Shown in pieces: positions 26,983 to 36,961 of a DNA stretch of 64,000 nt (position 1 is the stretch's first letter; each line of letters starts with the position of its first letter). The DNA lies in assembly GCA_046330295.1 (NCBI GenBank), contig JAXLTB010000001.1, positions 87,207 to 151,206 of the forward strand, written 5' to 3'. This DNA comes from Solirubrobacterales bacterium (GTDB lineage Bacteria > Actinomycetota > Thermoleophilia > Solirubrobacterales > 70-9). The notes under the pieces were generated by a model. That model was given only the letters and a program-made list of their open reading frames with translations. It made no database searches and was not told the DNA's origin. The position numbers and the translations under genes were made by a program.

Positions 26983-29382
26983 CTAGCTGGTCCGCGGTGC
27001 GAGCCTGCTTTGTCTTTTTGCCGGATCCATGAACTCCTCGACGGCAACTGCCGTGAGCGGGCGAGCAAAGAGAAACCCCTGTCCCTGATCGCATTCTTCG
27101 CGTTGGAGCGCCTTTAGCTGGGAGGTCTCCTCGATGCCCTCGGCGAGTGTCTCGATGCTCAGGGTCTTGCCGAGTTGCACCAGCGTGTGGATGAGCGTGG
27201 TCGACTCCTCAGAGGATGCGATTCCGCCGATGAACGAACGATCGATCTTGAGAGCGTCGACGGGGAATTGGTGCAGATAGGCGAGCGAGCTGTAGCCGGT
27301 TCCGAAATCGTCGATCGCAATGCGAATGCCCAGATCCTTGAGGGCGGTGAGGCGCTTGGCGGAAGCCTCGGCGTCGCGCATGAGCACCGTCTCGGTGATC
27401 TCCAGCGTCAGCGTTGTCGGATCGAGCCCGCTCTCCGCCAGCGCGTTGCGCACGTCGTCGATGAGTCCGTCGCGATTGAGCTGGACCCCGGAAACGTTGA
27501 CCGACATACCGATGGCGTTGCCCTTCGCCTGCCATGCGGCGGCCTGCCGGCAGGCCTCATTCAGCACCCAGCGCCCGATCGGGACGATCAGCTCGTTCCG
27601 CTCGGCGATGGGGATGAATTGGTTGGGCTCGATGATGCCCCGAGTCGGGTGACGCCAGCGGATCAGCGCCTCGACACCGATCACGCTCTCCGTCTGGAGG
27701 TCGAAGGTGGGCTGGTAGAGCAGGAACAGCTCCTCGCGGGCGAGCGCATCCGGCAGGTCCATCTCGAGCGCGAGCTGATCCTCGGCGGCGGTCCCCATGC
27801 TCCGCTCGAAGAGCGAATAGCCGTTTCCTCCCATTCTCTTGGCCTCATACAGGGCGATGTCCGCGTCCTTGAGGAGCTCTTCGGCGGTTCCCCCCCACCC
27901 CAGGCTTATGCCGACGCTCGCGGTGACGGTCAGCTCTTTGCCGATCTCGGCCTTCAAGTCGTACGGTCGGCGCAGCATGCTCAGGAGTCGCTCGGCGACG
28001 AGCTTGGGGTCCGCATCCAGCGTGGCGTTCTCGAGCAGCACGACGAACTCGTCGCCGGCCAGGCGCGCCGCCGTGTCGCCCTTCCTGACGAGGCTGGCCA
28101 ATCGCCCGGCGACGAGCCTGAGAAGCTCATCGCCCGTGGCATGGCCGAACTTGTCGTTGATGTGCTTGAAGCCATCCAGATCCACATAGAGGGCGGCCAT
28201 CGGCTGCGAATTGCGCCGGGCGCGGGCGAGCATCTGCTCAGCGCGATCGATTGCCAGGACTCGGTTGGGTAGCTCCGTCAGCGAGTCATGGAGAGCCTGA
28301 TGGCGCAGACGCTCCTCGAGACCCTTCCGCTCGCTGAGATCCCAGATGTTCAACACCAGGCCGTTCCAGCCGGGATCGTCGAGCAGATTTGCGGCGTGAA
28401 CTTCACACGTGCGTCTACTGCCGTCGCGGTGACGCAGACGCAGCTCCTTGCTGGCGCTGTCGACCGTCGCGCAGAGAGCGAGAAGCGAGGCTCGGTCCTC
28501 GGGGTCGATCCACTCGGTCAGCTTGGTTCCTTCGATCTCCTGCGGCCGATAGCCGAGCGTCTGCTCCACCGCACCGGCTTGATAGATCACCGTGGAATCG
28601 GGCCGTACCACCGTGATCATGTCCGAGCCATGCTCCACCAGAACCCTCATTCGCCGTTCGCTCTCGAGCAACGCGCCATGCTCGATCTCGACGGCCAGCC
28701 GCCGCCTGCGAGCCTTGGCGACACCGACCAGCAACAGCACCAACAGCCCACCCACTACCCCGGTTATCACCAGAGTCGCGGTCCACGCGGTCCGGCCCGC
28801 CGCCCGCGTCGAGTCATCGAGCGCCTCCTGCGCGGCCGCGACATCGGATTCGACCGTGGGGACCATCGGTTCGACGTCCCGCTTGTAGAGCCCATTCGCA
28901 GCGGCAACTCGGTGCTGCGCGAGCAGCCCCATCACCGCTCTCGTGCGATTGGAGATCCGGGTGCTGTCCGCCCGGAGCCTCAGCGCCAGGGGCGCATCCC
29001 AGTGGCGATTGACGCCCGCCACGGCAGTCCTCAATTCATCGCGGAGTCGCTTGTTCAGCGGAAACTCGGCGGCTTCGATCGGCCCACCGGCGAGCAGTGA
29101 CAGTGGCGAACTGACCGTCGAGCGGAGAGCGCCCGGCACCGCGCTCAGCGAGATCTGGGCCTGGCGCAGCTCGTCCTTGCGGTGGTCGCTGGCGCGAACC
29201 AGGACGACGGTGCCGACCAGGGCGCCCACCACCGCCACGACCACAAGGAGCGACCACAGCTCGGTGCCGTGCAGCCAGTGGCGCAGACCGCCGCCCGCAT
29301 GGCGCTCGGCTACCTCGTCGCCTGACGTGCCCGAGGATCCGCCGGACCGCTCGCCGCTTGAAAGAGCTCTCCGATCAGGCAT
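26983..29382 (-). CDS. Membrane sensor diguanylate cyclase/phosphodiesterase (TM - PAS - GGDEF - EAL)
   Basis: 799 aa with two TM segments. GGDEF domain with I-site RKGD and A-site variant AGDEF. EAL domain with EALIRW and DDFGTGYSSL. Confidence 0.9.
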   Translation of the reverse strand: MPDRRALSSGERSGGSSGTSGDEVAERHAGGGLRHWLHGTELWSLLVVVAVVGALVGTVVLVRASDHRKDELRQAQISLSAVPGALRSTVSSPLSLLAGGPIEAAEFPLNKRLRDELRTAVAGVNRHWDAPLALRLRADSTRISNRTRAVMGLLAQHRVAAANGLYKRDVEPMVPTVESDVAAAQEALDDSTRAAGRTAWTATLVITGVVGGLLVLLLVGVAKARRRRLAVEIEHGALLESERRMRVLVEHGSDMITVVRPDSTVIYQAGAVEQTLGYRPQEIEGTKLTEWIDPEDRASLLALCATVDSASKELRLRHRDGSRRTCEVHAANLLDDPGWNGLVLNIWDLSERKGLEERLRHQALHDSLTELPNRVLAIDRAEQMLARARRNSQPMAALYVDLDGFKHINDKFGHATGDELLRLVAGRLASLVRKGDTAARLAGDEFVVLLENATLDADPKLVAERLLSMLRRPYDLKAEIGKELTVTASVGISLGWGGTAEELLKDADIALYEAKRMGGNGYSLFERSMGTAAEDQLALEMDLPDALAREELFLLYQPTFDLQTESVIGVEALIRWRHPTRGIIEPNQFIPIAERNELIVPIGRWVLNEACRQAAAWQAKGNAIGMSVNVSGVQLNRDGLIDDVRNALAESGLDPTTLTLEITETVLMRDAEASAKRLTALKDLGIRIAIDDFGTGYSSLAYLHQFPVDALKIDRSFIGGIASSEESTTLIHTLVQLGKTLSIETLAEGIEETSQLKALQREECDQGQGFLFARPLTAVAVEEFMDPAKRQSRLAPRTS

Positions 29383-29689
29383 GCGACGCTCCCGGGCCGT
29401 GCCTCAGTCGTTGCTGCTCCCGACGATCGACCGCAGGAACGGGATCGGCTGCCCAGTGACCGACTCGCAGGTTTGCTGTCGCCGACATCCCGAAACCATC
29501 GACCGCGGCGACCTGCTCCTTGAGTTGGGGGCCGATCGGGCCTCGAAGCTCAGGCGATTGGCTTACGCGAGCCACTGATGCGATTTCCCCAAAGGCCAAG
29601 CGGTCGGACCGGATCCGCGAGATTCCGGCACTCGAACGGGTGGGGGACGCGTAACCGGTGACGCTCGGTCATTCGGCTAAGGTCGGCCG

Positions 29690-29896
29690 ATGCCGACCTA
29701 CATTCGTTTTGGCGACGATCACTCGGTCGCGGTGCAGGAGAGCCTGGCCGAGATCAGGAGGCTGATCGAGGAGTCCGAGTCGAAGGTCGGGCTCTTCGAG
29801 GCCACCCGCATCGACGGGGCGAAGCTGCTCGTCAACGCAAACGAGGTCTGGACGATCTCGGAGGGGAAGAAGAAGGACGGTGCCCGGAAGCGCTGA
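29690..29896 (+). CDS. Small hypothetical protein (68 aa)
   Basis: Non-biased composition (MPTYIRFGDDHSVAVQESLAEIRRLIEESE...). Overlaps the start of the downstream hydrolase by 17 nt. No family recognised. Confidence 0.4.
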   Translation: MPTYIRFGDDHSVAVQESLAEIRRLIEESESKVGLFEATRIDGAKLLVNANEVWTISEGKKKDGARKR

Positions 29897-30806
29897 CGCG
29901 CGGGCGGGGCGCCGGCTGGACCCGCGGATCGTCGCCGGTTTGGACTACGGAAACGCCGATCCGGACTGGACGCGGATCGATTGGCGCCGGCACCGACGCC
30001 GGGTCGAGCTGCCGGGGGCGGCGGCCGACTACGTCGAAATCGGCGAGGGCGAGCCGATCCTCTTCGTCCACGGCATCTCCGGCTGCTGGCGCAACTGGCT
30101 CGAAAATTTGCCCCACTTCGGCGCCGGCCGCCGGGCGATAGCCCTCGACCTGCCCGGCTTCGGGTCGAGCCCGATGCCCTCGTGGCCGGTCGACATGCCG
30201 GCCTACGGTCGCCTCATCCACCACTTCTGCGAGAAGCTCGGGCTCGACGGCGTGACCCTGGTCGGCAACTCGATGGGCGGTTTCATCGGGGTCGAGGCCG
30301 TGACCGCCAAGCCGGCGAGGTTCGAGCGGCTCGTCCTCGTCTCGGCGGCAGGCATCCTCAACACCTGGAACCCGGAAGCGCGCGCCACCGCAACCGCCTA
30401 CGCGTGGAAGAGGTTCGGCCCGTTGGTGGCCGACCGGGGCCGCTGGATCGTCTCCCACCCTCGCGCCCGGCAGCTGGCGCTGGCCCAGTTCTTCCACTAC
30501 CCGAACCGGCTCCGCGCCGAGCTGCTCTGGGAGCAGTTGGACGGCGGCATGCGCTGCCCCGCCTTCGGCAACGCGCTGCAGGCACTGATCCGTCGCGACA
30601 TCCGCGATCGGCTGGGCGCGATCGAGATGCCGACGATGATCGTCTGGGGCCTCTCGGACCGGGTGATCCCGGCCGCGGCGGCGATCAGCTACCACCGCCG
30701 CATCCCTGATTCGCGGCTCGAGATCTTCGAGCGCACCGGCCACGTGCCGCAGCTCGAGCGGCCGCTGCGCTTCAATGCCCTGCTGAGCGAGTTCCTGGGC
30801 GGATAG
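29880..30806 (+). CDS. Alpha/beta-fold hydrolase
   Basis: 308 aa. ILFVHGISG, nucleophile elbow GNSMGG, C-terminal GHVPQLERP. Confidence 0.85.
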   Translation: MPGSADARAGRRLDPRIVAGLDYGNADPDWTRIDWRRHRRRVELPGAAADYVEIGEGEPILFVHGISGCWRNWLENLPHFGAGRRAIALDLPGFGSSPMPSWPVDMPAYGRLIHHFCEKLGLDGVTLVGNSMGGFIGVEAVTAKPARFERLVLVSAAGILNTWNPEARATATAYAWKRFGPLVADRGRWIVSHPRARQLALAQFFHYPNRLRAELLWEQLDGGMRCPAFGNALQALIRRDIRDRLGAIEMPTMIVWGLSDRVIPAAAAISYHRRIPDSRLEIFERTGHVPQLERPLRFNALLSEFLGG

Positions 30807-30863
30807 GAAGCTCGGCTGCAGCCTCTTTCCGCCATAGCGGGAAAGGGCCCTGGAAGGGACGCC

Positions 30864-32558
30864 TCAGCTGGTGATCGCGCCCTGAGAGGCGGAGGAGACC
30901 GTCGCCGCGTACTTCGCCATCACGCCGCGCCTGAAGAGCGGCTCGCGTGGCTCGTAGTCGGCCACGCGCTGCTCGATCTCCTCCTCCGAGAGGGCGACGT
31001 CGAGGCGCCGGGCCTCGACGTCGAAGGTGATCTCATCGCCCTCGCGGATCGCCGCGATCGGGCCGCCCTTGACCGCCTCCGGCGCGACGTGGCCGGCCAT
31101 CAGCCCGCGGGTGGCGCCGGAGAAGCGGCCGTCGGTGAGCAGGGCGACGCTCTCCCCCAGGCCCTCGCCGACGATCGCCGCCGTCACCTGAAGCATCTCC
31201 CGCATTCCGGGCCCGCCGGCCGGTCCCTCGTTGCGGATCACGACGATGTCGCCGGCCTGGATCTTCTGGTCCTTGACGGCGCGGAAGCACTCCTCCTCGG
31301 ACTCGAAGACGCGGGCCGGGCCGACCTGCTTCTTGCGCTCGGTGCCGGCGAGCTTGACCACGGCGCCTTCGGGGGCGATGTTGCCACGCATGATCGCCAG
31401 CCCGCCTTCGGACTTGAGCGGATCGTCCAGCGGGCGGACCACCTCCTGGCCCTCGGCCTCGATCGCCTCGTCGGCCACCTCGCCGATCGTCGCGCCGCTG
31501 ACCGTAATCGCGTCCCGGTGCAGGATCCCGGCTTCGGAGAGCCGCTTGATGATCAGCGGCACGCCGCCGGCCCGGTAGAGGTCGGTGGCGACGAAGCGCC
31601 CGCCGGGCTTCAGATCCGCGAACAGCGGCGTATTGCGGGAGATCCGCTCGAAGTCGTCCATCTCCAGCTCGAGCCCGGCCTCGTGGGCGAGGGCGATCAG
31701 GTGCAGGACGCCGTTGGTCGAGCCGCCCGAGGCGCAGATGCAGGCGATCGCGTTTTCCAGCGAGTCGCGGGTGATCACCCTGCTCGGCTTCAGGTCATCG
31801 GAGAGGACGCGCATCACCAGCTCGCCGATCTTCTCGGCGACGGTGCCCTTGTCGTCGTCTTCGGCCGGCACCATCGCCGAGCCGCCGGGGCTGATCCCCA
31901 GCGCCTCGAAGGCGCAGGCCATCGTGTTCGCCGTGAACTGGCCGCCGCAGGCCCCCGCGCCGGGGCTCGCGACCCCCTCCAGCTCGTTCAGTTCCTCGTC
32001 GCTCATGTCGCCGGCGGCATGGGCGCCGATCGCCTCGAAGACGTCGAGGATCGTCACGTCCTTCCCGTGCCAGTGGCCGGGAGCGATCGAACCGCCGTAG
32101 AGGAGCACCGAGGGCACGTCGAGCCGGGCCAGGGCCATCGCGCAGCCGGGGATCGTCTTATCGCAGGCCGAGAGGGCGACGATCGCGTCGAACTGGTAGC
32201 CGCGGGCCATCAGCTCGATCGAGTCGGCGATCACCTCGCGGCTGATCAGCGACGCCTTCATGCCCTGGGTTCCCATCGTGATCCCGTCGGAGATGGCGAC
32301 GGTGTTGAACTCCATCGGCGTGCCCCCGGCGGCGCGGACGCCCTCCTTGACATGCTCGGCCAGCCCGCGCAGGTGGAAGTTGCACGGCATCGCCTCGGTC
32401 CAGGTGTTGGCGATGCCGATCGTCGGCCGCCTGAGCGCGTCGTCGTCGAAGCCGATGCCCTTCATGTAGGCGCGGGCCGCGGCGCGGTCGGGGCCGTCGA
32501 AGACGGTGGCAGAGCGGGGGCGGGGAAGGCGGGCCGCGGTGTTGCCGTGAGTGCTCAT
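30864..32558 (-). CDS. ilvD: Dihydroxy-acid dehydratase
   Basis: 564 aa. CDKTIPG, ISDGITMGT and TDGRFSGATRG motifs. Confidence 0.95.
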   Translation of the reverse strand: MSTHGNTAARLPRPRSATVFDGPDRAAARAYMKGIGFDDDALRRPTIGIANTWTEAMPCNFHLRGLAEHVKEGVRAAGGTPMEFNTVAISDGITMGTQGMKASLISREVIADSIELMARGYQFDAIVALSACDKTIPGCAMALARLDVPSVLLYGGSIAPGHWHGKDVTILDVFEAIGAHAAGDMSDEELNELEGVASPGAGACGGQFTANTMACAFEALGISPGGSAMVPAEDDDKGTVAEKIGELVMRVLSDDLKPSRVITRDSLENAIACICASGGSTNGVLHLIALAHEAGLELEMDDFERISRNTPLFADLKPGGRFVATDLYRAGGVPLIIKRLSEAGILHRDAITVSGATIGEVADEAIEAEGQEVVRPLDDPLKSEGGLAIMRGNIAPEGAVVKLAGTERKKQVGPARVFESEEECFRAVKDQKIQAGDIVVIRNEGPAGGPGMREMLQVTAAIVGEGLGESVALLTDGRFSGATRGLMAGHVAPEAVKGGPIAAIREGDEITFDVEARRLDVALSEEEIEQRVADYEPREPLFRRGVMAKYAATVSSASQGAITS

Positions 32559-32571
32559 GGGGCCAATCTAT

Positions 32572-33393
32572 TCAGCGGGTCAAGTAGGCGTCGTCGGGCG
32601 GGCGGTGCGCGAGATCGAACACGTCCACCGGGCCGGGGCCAGAACCGATCTCGCGCAGCCCCGAGCCGACCGCGGCCGAAGCTACCCGCCGGGCCCGCCG
32701 CGCGGCCTCGAGCGGTTCGGCGCCGCGGGCCAGGAGGGCGGCAAGGGCCGAGGAATGGGTGCAGCCCGAGCCGTGCGAGGCGCCGTCGGGATGCCGCTGA
32801 CCCGGAATCTCGACCAGTTGACCGCCGTCGAAGAAGAGGTCGATGAGGCCCGCGCTGTGGCCGCCCGTGACGACGACCGCCTTCGGGCCGAGAGCGAGCA
32901 CGCCGCGGGCCAGATCCTCCTGCGTGGCCCCCTCCCCCGCCCCGGTCAGCACCCGCGCCTCGGGGATGTTCGGCGTCGCAACCGTTGTCAGCGGCAGCAC
33001 CCGCTCGATCAGCGCCTGCCGCGCCTCGTCGTCGAGCAGGACGGCGCCGCTCTCGGCGACCATCACCGGGTCGATCACGACCGGGGCGTCGCCGACGTGG
33101 CCGAGCGCCTCGACCACCGCCGCGACCGTCTCCGCCGTGCCGAGCATCCCGATCTTGACCGCGTCGACGCCGATGTCCTCGGCCACGGCTCGCACCTGGG
33201 CGACGATGATCCGCGGCGAGATCTGCTCGATGGCCTCCACCCCGACGGTGCTCTGCGCCGTGATCGCCGTGATCGCCGTCATCCCGTGCACCCCGCAGCG
33301 CGCGAAGGCCTTGAGGTCGGCCTGGATCCCAGCACCGCCGCCGGAGTCCGAGCCGGCGATCGAGAGCACCGCCGGTATGCGTCGCCTGGTCAC
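32572..33393 (-). CDS. thiD: Hydroxymethylpyrimidine / phosphomethylpyrimidine kinase
   Basis: 273 aa. [21 protein letters not shown] and [12 protein letters not shown]. Confidence 0.9.
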   Translation of the reverse strand: MTRRRIPAVLSIAGSDSGGGAGIQADLKAFARCGVHGMTAITAITAQSTVGVEAIEQISPRIIVAQVRAVAEDIGVDAVKIGMLGTAETVAAVVEALGHVGDAPVVIDPVMVAESGAVLLDDEARQALIERVLPLTTVATPNIPEARVLTGAGEGATQEDLARGVLALGPKAVVVTGGHSAGLIDLFFDGGQLVEIPGQRHPDGASHGSGCTHSSALAALLARGAEPLEAARRARRVASAAVGSGLREIGSGPGPVDVFDLAHRPPDDAYLTR

Positions 33394-33402
33394 GCCGGGA
33401 GC

Positions 33403-34725
33403 CTAGATGGCGGCGGTTGCGGGTGGTGGCAGCAGAGTGCGCGAATAGGTCCCTACCGCAGAGCAGGCGACGTAGCCGAGCAGCTCGAGGCGGGCGAGGG
33501 CCGCGGCTGCCTCTGGGCCGGAGAGGCCGAGGGCGGCGGCGACACCGTCGCAGGTTGCCTCTCCATCCTCGACGGCGCTCAGCACCGCGGCCAGGGCGGG
33601 GTCGAGCGATGGACCGGCGCGTTCGATGCTCCTCGCGCCGGGGCCGAGCATCGCGTCGAGAACGTCCTGGGCGTCGCGGATCACGCAGGCGCCGCCGGCG
33701 AGCAGGTTGTTGGGGCCGGCCGAAGCGCGCGAGGTGACCGGCCCGGGGACGGCTCCGAGGTCGCGGCCGAGATCCGCCGCGAGCTCAGCGGTGATCAGCG
33801 AGCCAGAGCGAGCCGCCGCCTCGACGACGACGGTCATCCCGGCCAGCGCCGCCATGATCCGATTGCGGGCCGGGAAGGTCCAGCGCCAGGGCGTGGCGCC
33901 CGGTGGGAACTCGGAGAGGACGAGGTCGGTTTCGGAGACCCGCCGCCAGAGCGAGCGGTGCGCGGCCGGATACGCCGTGTCCGGACCGCAACCGAGGACG
34001 GCGATCGTGCGACCCGCGTCGAGGGCGCCACGATGGGCGCAGCCGTCGATGCCGAAGGCGAGGCCGCTGACGACGATCATCCCCGCCGCAGCCAGCTCTC
34101 GTCCCAACTCGCGGGCGATCTCGCGACCGTAGGAGGTGGCGCGGCGGGCGCCGACGATGGTCACCGCGCCGAACGGCTCGACGCCGTCCAGTAGGCCCGG
34201 ATCGCCGCGGCCGATCAGCGCCCACGGGGCGTCGGCGGCGTCACGGAGCGAGGCGGGGTAGAGCTCGCCGTGGCGGCAGCATGCCCAGCACATGGCCGCC
34301 GCCAGCTCCTCCGCGAAGTGACGCTCTGAGATCGCGGCCACTCGCCCGAGCAGGTGCGCCGCGACTTTCGGTGCCGCGAACTCGACCAGGTCCTCGTTGG
34401 AGAGGCGAAGGAGCTCGGGCGAGCGCGATCCGGGGGCGCCTGATGCGATCCGTTCGATGTAGGGCCCGAGCAGGGCCAGCAGCCACGAGCGTCGAAGGCA
34501 CTCCGGGCAGGCGCGGCTCAGCCACGGTCCCGCCTGCGCAGCTGCGGCGCCTGCGCCATCTGCTCCTGCCCGATCGAGTCTCTGCCGGCGAGATCGGCGA
34601 TCGTCTGGGCCAGCCGCAGGGCCGGTCGTGGGCGCGCCCGCTGAGGCGCTGGCGCGAGTAGAGCTCCCCAGCAGCGCCCCGGCCTCCGGTCTGAGCGCGC
34701 ATCCGCGCGCCTCGCCCGGAGTCAT
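33403..34725 (-). CDS. dprA: DNA-processing protein DprA
   Basis: Core motifs [46 protein letters not shown] 34725 makes an ATGA overlap with the comM stop, but the first ~65 codons overlap comM-tail coding remnants, so the start is ambiguous. The 699-aa track ORF is read-through. Confidence 0.85.
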   Translation of the reverse strand: MTPGEARGCALRPEAGALLGSSTRASASAGAPTTGPAAGPDDRRSRRQRLDRAGADGAGAAAAQAGPWLSRACPECLRRSWLLALLGPYIERIASGAPGSRSPELLRLSNEDLVEFAAPKVAAHLLGRVAAISERHFAEELAAAMCWACCRHGELYPASLRDAADAPWALIGRGDPGLLDGVEPFGAVTIVGARRATSYGREIARELGRELAAAGMIVVSGLAFGIDGCAHRGALDAGRTIAVLGCGPDTAYPAAHRSLWRRVSETDLVLSEFPPGATPWRWTFPARNRIMAALAGMTVVVEAAARSGSLITAELAADLGRDLGAVPGPVTSRASAGPNNLLAGGACVIRDAQDVLDAMLGPGARSIERAGPSLDPALAAVLSAVEDGEATCDGVAAALGLSGPEAAAALARLELLGYVACSAVGTYSRTLLPPPATAAI

Positions 34726-36011
34726 CTCGGCATTGCACCGGCCCGACCCAGCCGTCGCTCCTGGCGCTCGCGCGCGGCGGCCACGCGCGCCCGGACGTCG
34801 GCGGATGCCTCGCCCGGGCCACCACCGATCTCGGCCGCACTCGGCTGCCGGACCGCGGCGAGGATGTCGATCCGGTCGGCCAGGGCGCCGCTGAGCCGCC
34901 CCTGGTAGCGCTGCACCGCCACCGGCGCGCAGCTGCAGTCCGGGTCGGCTTCGCCGCGGCCACAGGGACAGGGGTTGGCCGCGGCGACGAGCATGAAGCG
35001 GCAGGGCAGGCTGCGCCTGCTTCCCGCCCGCGCGATCGAGACCTCCCCCGTCTCCAGCGGCGCCCGCAGGGCCTCCAGCGCGTCGCGGCGAAACTCGCAG
35101 AGCTCGTCCAAGAACAGAACGCCGCGGTGAGCCAAAGTCGCCTCCCCAGGGCGCGGCGGGCTGCCGCCTCCAATCAAACCGGCGGGGCTGATCGTGTGAT
35201 GCGGGGCGCGGAACGGCCGCTCCCCGGGCATCGTGCCGCCCAGCCGCCCGCAGGCGCTGGCGATGCGGGCCACTTCCAGGGCCTCGACCGAGGCGAGTGC
35301 CGGCAGGATCGACGGCAGCCGGCTGGCGGCCAGCGACTTTCCGGCGCCTGGCGGACCGATCATCAGCAGGCTGTGCCCGCCGGCGGCGGCGACCTCGAGT
35401 GCGTGGCGAAGGTGCGGCTGGCCCCGCAGGTCGGCGAGGTCGGGGGCGCCGGGTGAGGGGTCCAGGCTGAGCGCCAGCGGCTCGGGCCGACGCGGCTCCC
35501 AATCGCCGTCCACCAGCGCCAAGAGCCGACTGAGGCTGTCGAGGGGGATCACGTCGATCCCCGCTGCGAGCGCCGCCTCGGGCCCGTTCTCGGCTGGCAG
35601 GACGATCGCCTCCGCTCCCCCCTCCCGGGCCGCCTCGGCGATCGCGAGCGCTCCGTTGACAGACCGGGTCGAGCCGTCCAGCGCCAGCTCACCGGCCAGC
35701 GCCACCCGCGAAAGCGCCTCCCACTGCAGCTGCCCGGAGGCGCTCAGCAGCGCCGCGGCGATCGCCAGGTCCATCCCCGGCCCCGCCTTGCGCAGGCTGG
35801 CCGGTGCGAGGTTGACGACGATCCTCCGGAGGGGGAACTCGAAGCCGCAGTTGACCATCGCCGCCCGCACCCGCTCCCGCGCCTCCCTGACCGCGGTGTC
35901 TGGCAGGCCGACGATCGCGAAGCCGGGCAGTCCCCTGTGGACGTCCACCTCCACCCGGACCGGGCGCGCGGAGATTCCGTCGAGGGTGAAGGTCCGGGCC
36001 GTGGCTAGCAC
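34722..36011 (-). CDS. comM: YifB/ComM family Mg-chelatase-like ATPase, C-terminal domain disrupted
   Basis: 429 aa. Lon-like N-domain, Walker A GPPGAGKS, LFLDE, and zinc-ribbon-like PCPCGRGEADPDCSC. It stops about 70 aa short, and remnants of the missing C-terminal domain lie downstream in three frames. Confidence 0.85.
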   Translation of the reverse strand: MLATARTFTLDGISARPVRVEVDVHRGLPGFAIVGLPDTAVREARERVRAAMVNCGFEFPLRRIVVNLAPASLRKAGPGMDLAIAAALLSASGQLQWEALSRVALAGELALDGSTRSVNGALAIAEAAREGGAEAIVLPAENGPEAALAAGIDVIPLDSLSRLLALVDGDWEPRRPEPLALSLDPSPGAPDLADLRGQPHLRHALEVAAAGGHSLLMIGPPGAGKSLAASRLPSILPALASVEALEVARIASACGRLGGTMPGERPFRAPHHTISPAGLIGGGSPPRPGEATLAHRGVLFLDELCEFRRDALEALRAPLETGEVSIARAGSRRSLPCRFMLVAAANPCPCGRGEADPDCSCAPVAVQRYQGRLSGALADRIDILAAVRQPSAAEIGGGPGEASADVRARVAAARERQERRLGRAGAMPR

Positions 36012-36118
36012 GCTGGCGACGGTATGGGGAGAGATTTCGCGTATGGCGCGTCAGAAGGGCCAATGAAGTGACCTCTTGCGCACGTCTGGCCCACCCCCAC
36101 GCCCTACCGTCGCACTCG

Positions 36119-36496
36119 ATGACCGTCGCCCGGCAGAGGACCGGCAGTCGCGCGGAGGCCCTCGTCGCGCGGCGGCTCGCGGCCGCCGGCTGGGAGATCG
36201 TCGAGCGCAACGCGCGCACCCGCTACGGCGAGCTGGACATCGTCGCCCGCGAGGGCCGAGCCCTCGTCTTCGTCGAGGTCAAGGCGGGCCGCGATGGCAC
36301 TTCGTTCGGTCCGGAGCGACCGATCCTCGCCGTCGACCGCCGCAAGCAGCTGCGCATCCGCCGCCTCGCCACCGCTTGGATGGCCGAACGCCGGGACGTC
36401 CCTCCCTATGCCGAGATCCGTTTCGACGCCGTCGGCGTCACCTTCGACCGCGCCGGGCGCGCGGTCGAAGTCGAGCACATCCCGGGCGCCTTCTAG
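36119..36496 (+). CDS. YraN family (UPF0102) endonuclease-like protein
   Basis: GSRAEALVARRLAAAGWEIVERNARTRYGELDIVAREGRALVFVEVK. Start taken at ATG 36119 (track ORF begins at GTG 36068). Opposite orientation to its usual neighbours. Confidence 0.8.
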   Translation: MTVARQRTGSRAEALVARRLAAAGWEIVERNARTRYGELDIVAREGRALVFVEVKAGRDGTSFGPERPILAVDRRKQLRIRRLATAWMAERRDVPPYAEIRFDAVGVTFDRAGRAVEVEHIPGAF

Positions 36497-36507
36497 AGTC
36501 GTCCGGT

Positions 36508-36885
36508 ATGCGTCGGAGGGCCCAGCCACGACTTCCCCCGGCGATCATCGCCTGGAGGTCCGCCCACGCCGCCATCGCGCTCGCGTTCCTGGGTTCGATC
36601 GGTTACGTGTGGTGGTGTGCCCTGACAGGTCGCCGCGGGCGCCTGCTGCGGCCCGCCGTAGCTGCTCTGGTCGCCGAGGCGGGCCTCGTCGCCGCGAACC
36701 GGGGCGACTGTCCCCTCGGGAACATCGGCGAGCGGATTGGCGACCCTGTTCCCCTCTTCCGACTCGTTCTGCCACCAACCGCCGCGCGGCGGGCCGTCCC
36801 GGTGCTCGGCCTGGTGACGGCCGCCGGCCTGCTCCTGCTCGCGGCGCGGGAACCGCGCCGCGAGGACATGGTCGATGCAGCCTGA
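36508..36885 (+). CDS. Small membrane protein, unknown function
   Basis: 125 aa from ATG 36508 with three hydrophobic segments (AAIALAFLGSIGYVWWCAL; AVAALVAEAGLVAA; VLGLVTAAGLLLLAA). Confidence 0.55.
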   Translation: MRRRAQPRLPPAIIAWRSAHAAIALAFLGSIGYVWWCALTGRRGRLLRPAVAALVAEAGLVAANRGDCPLGNIGERIGDPVPLFRLVLPPTAARRAVPVLGLVTAAGLLLLAAREPRREDMVDAA

Positions 36886-36961
36886 GATCTGGCCAGCAGA
36901 TCAAGGACGCAGGGATGGCGTGCTCTGCGCGCGGGCGACAGATGACGCCGATACGCGCCGG

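Noticed and set aside
33403-35502. 699-aa ORF suggesting a very long DprA
   Set aside because: Upstream of 34725 it runs out of frame through comM and is Arg/Pro/Gly-rich. Only the C-terminal ~440 codons (or fewer) are DprA.
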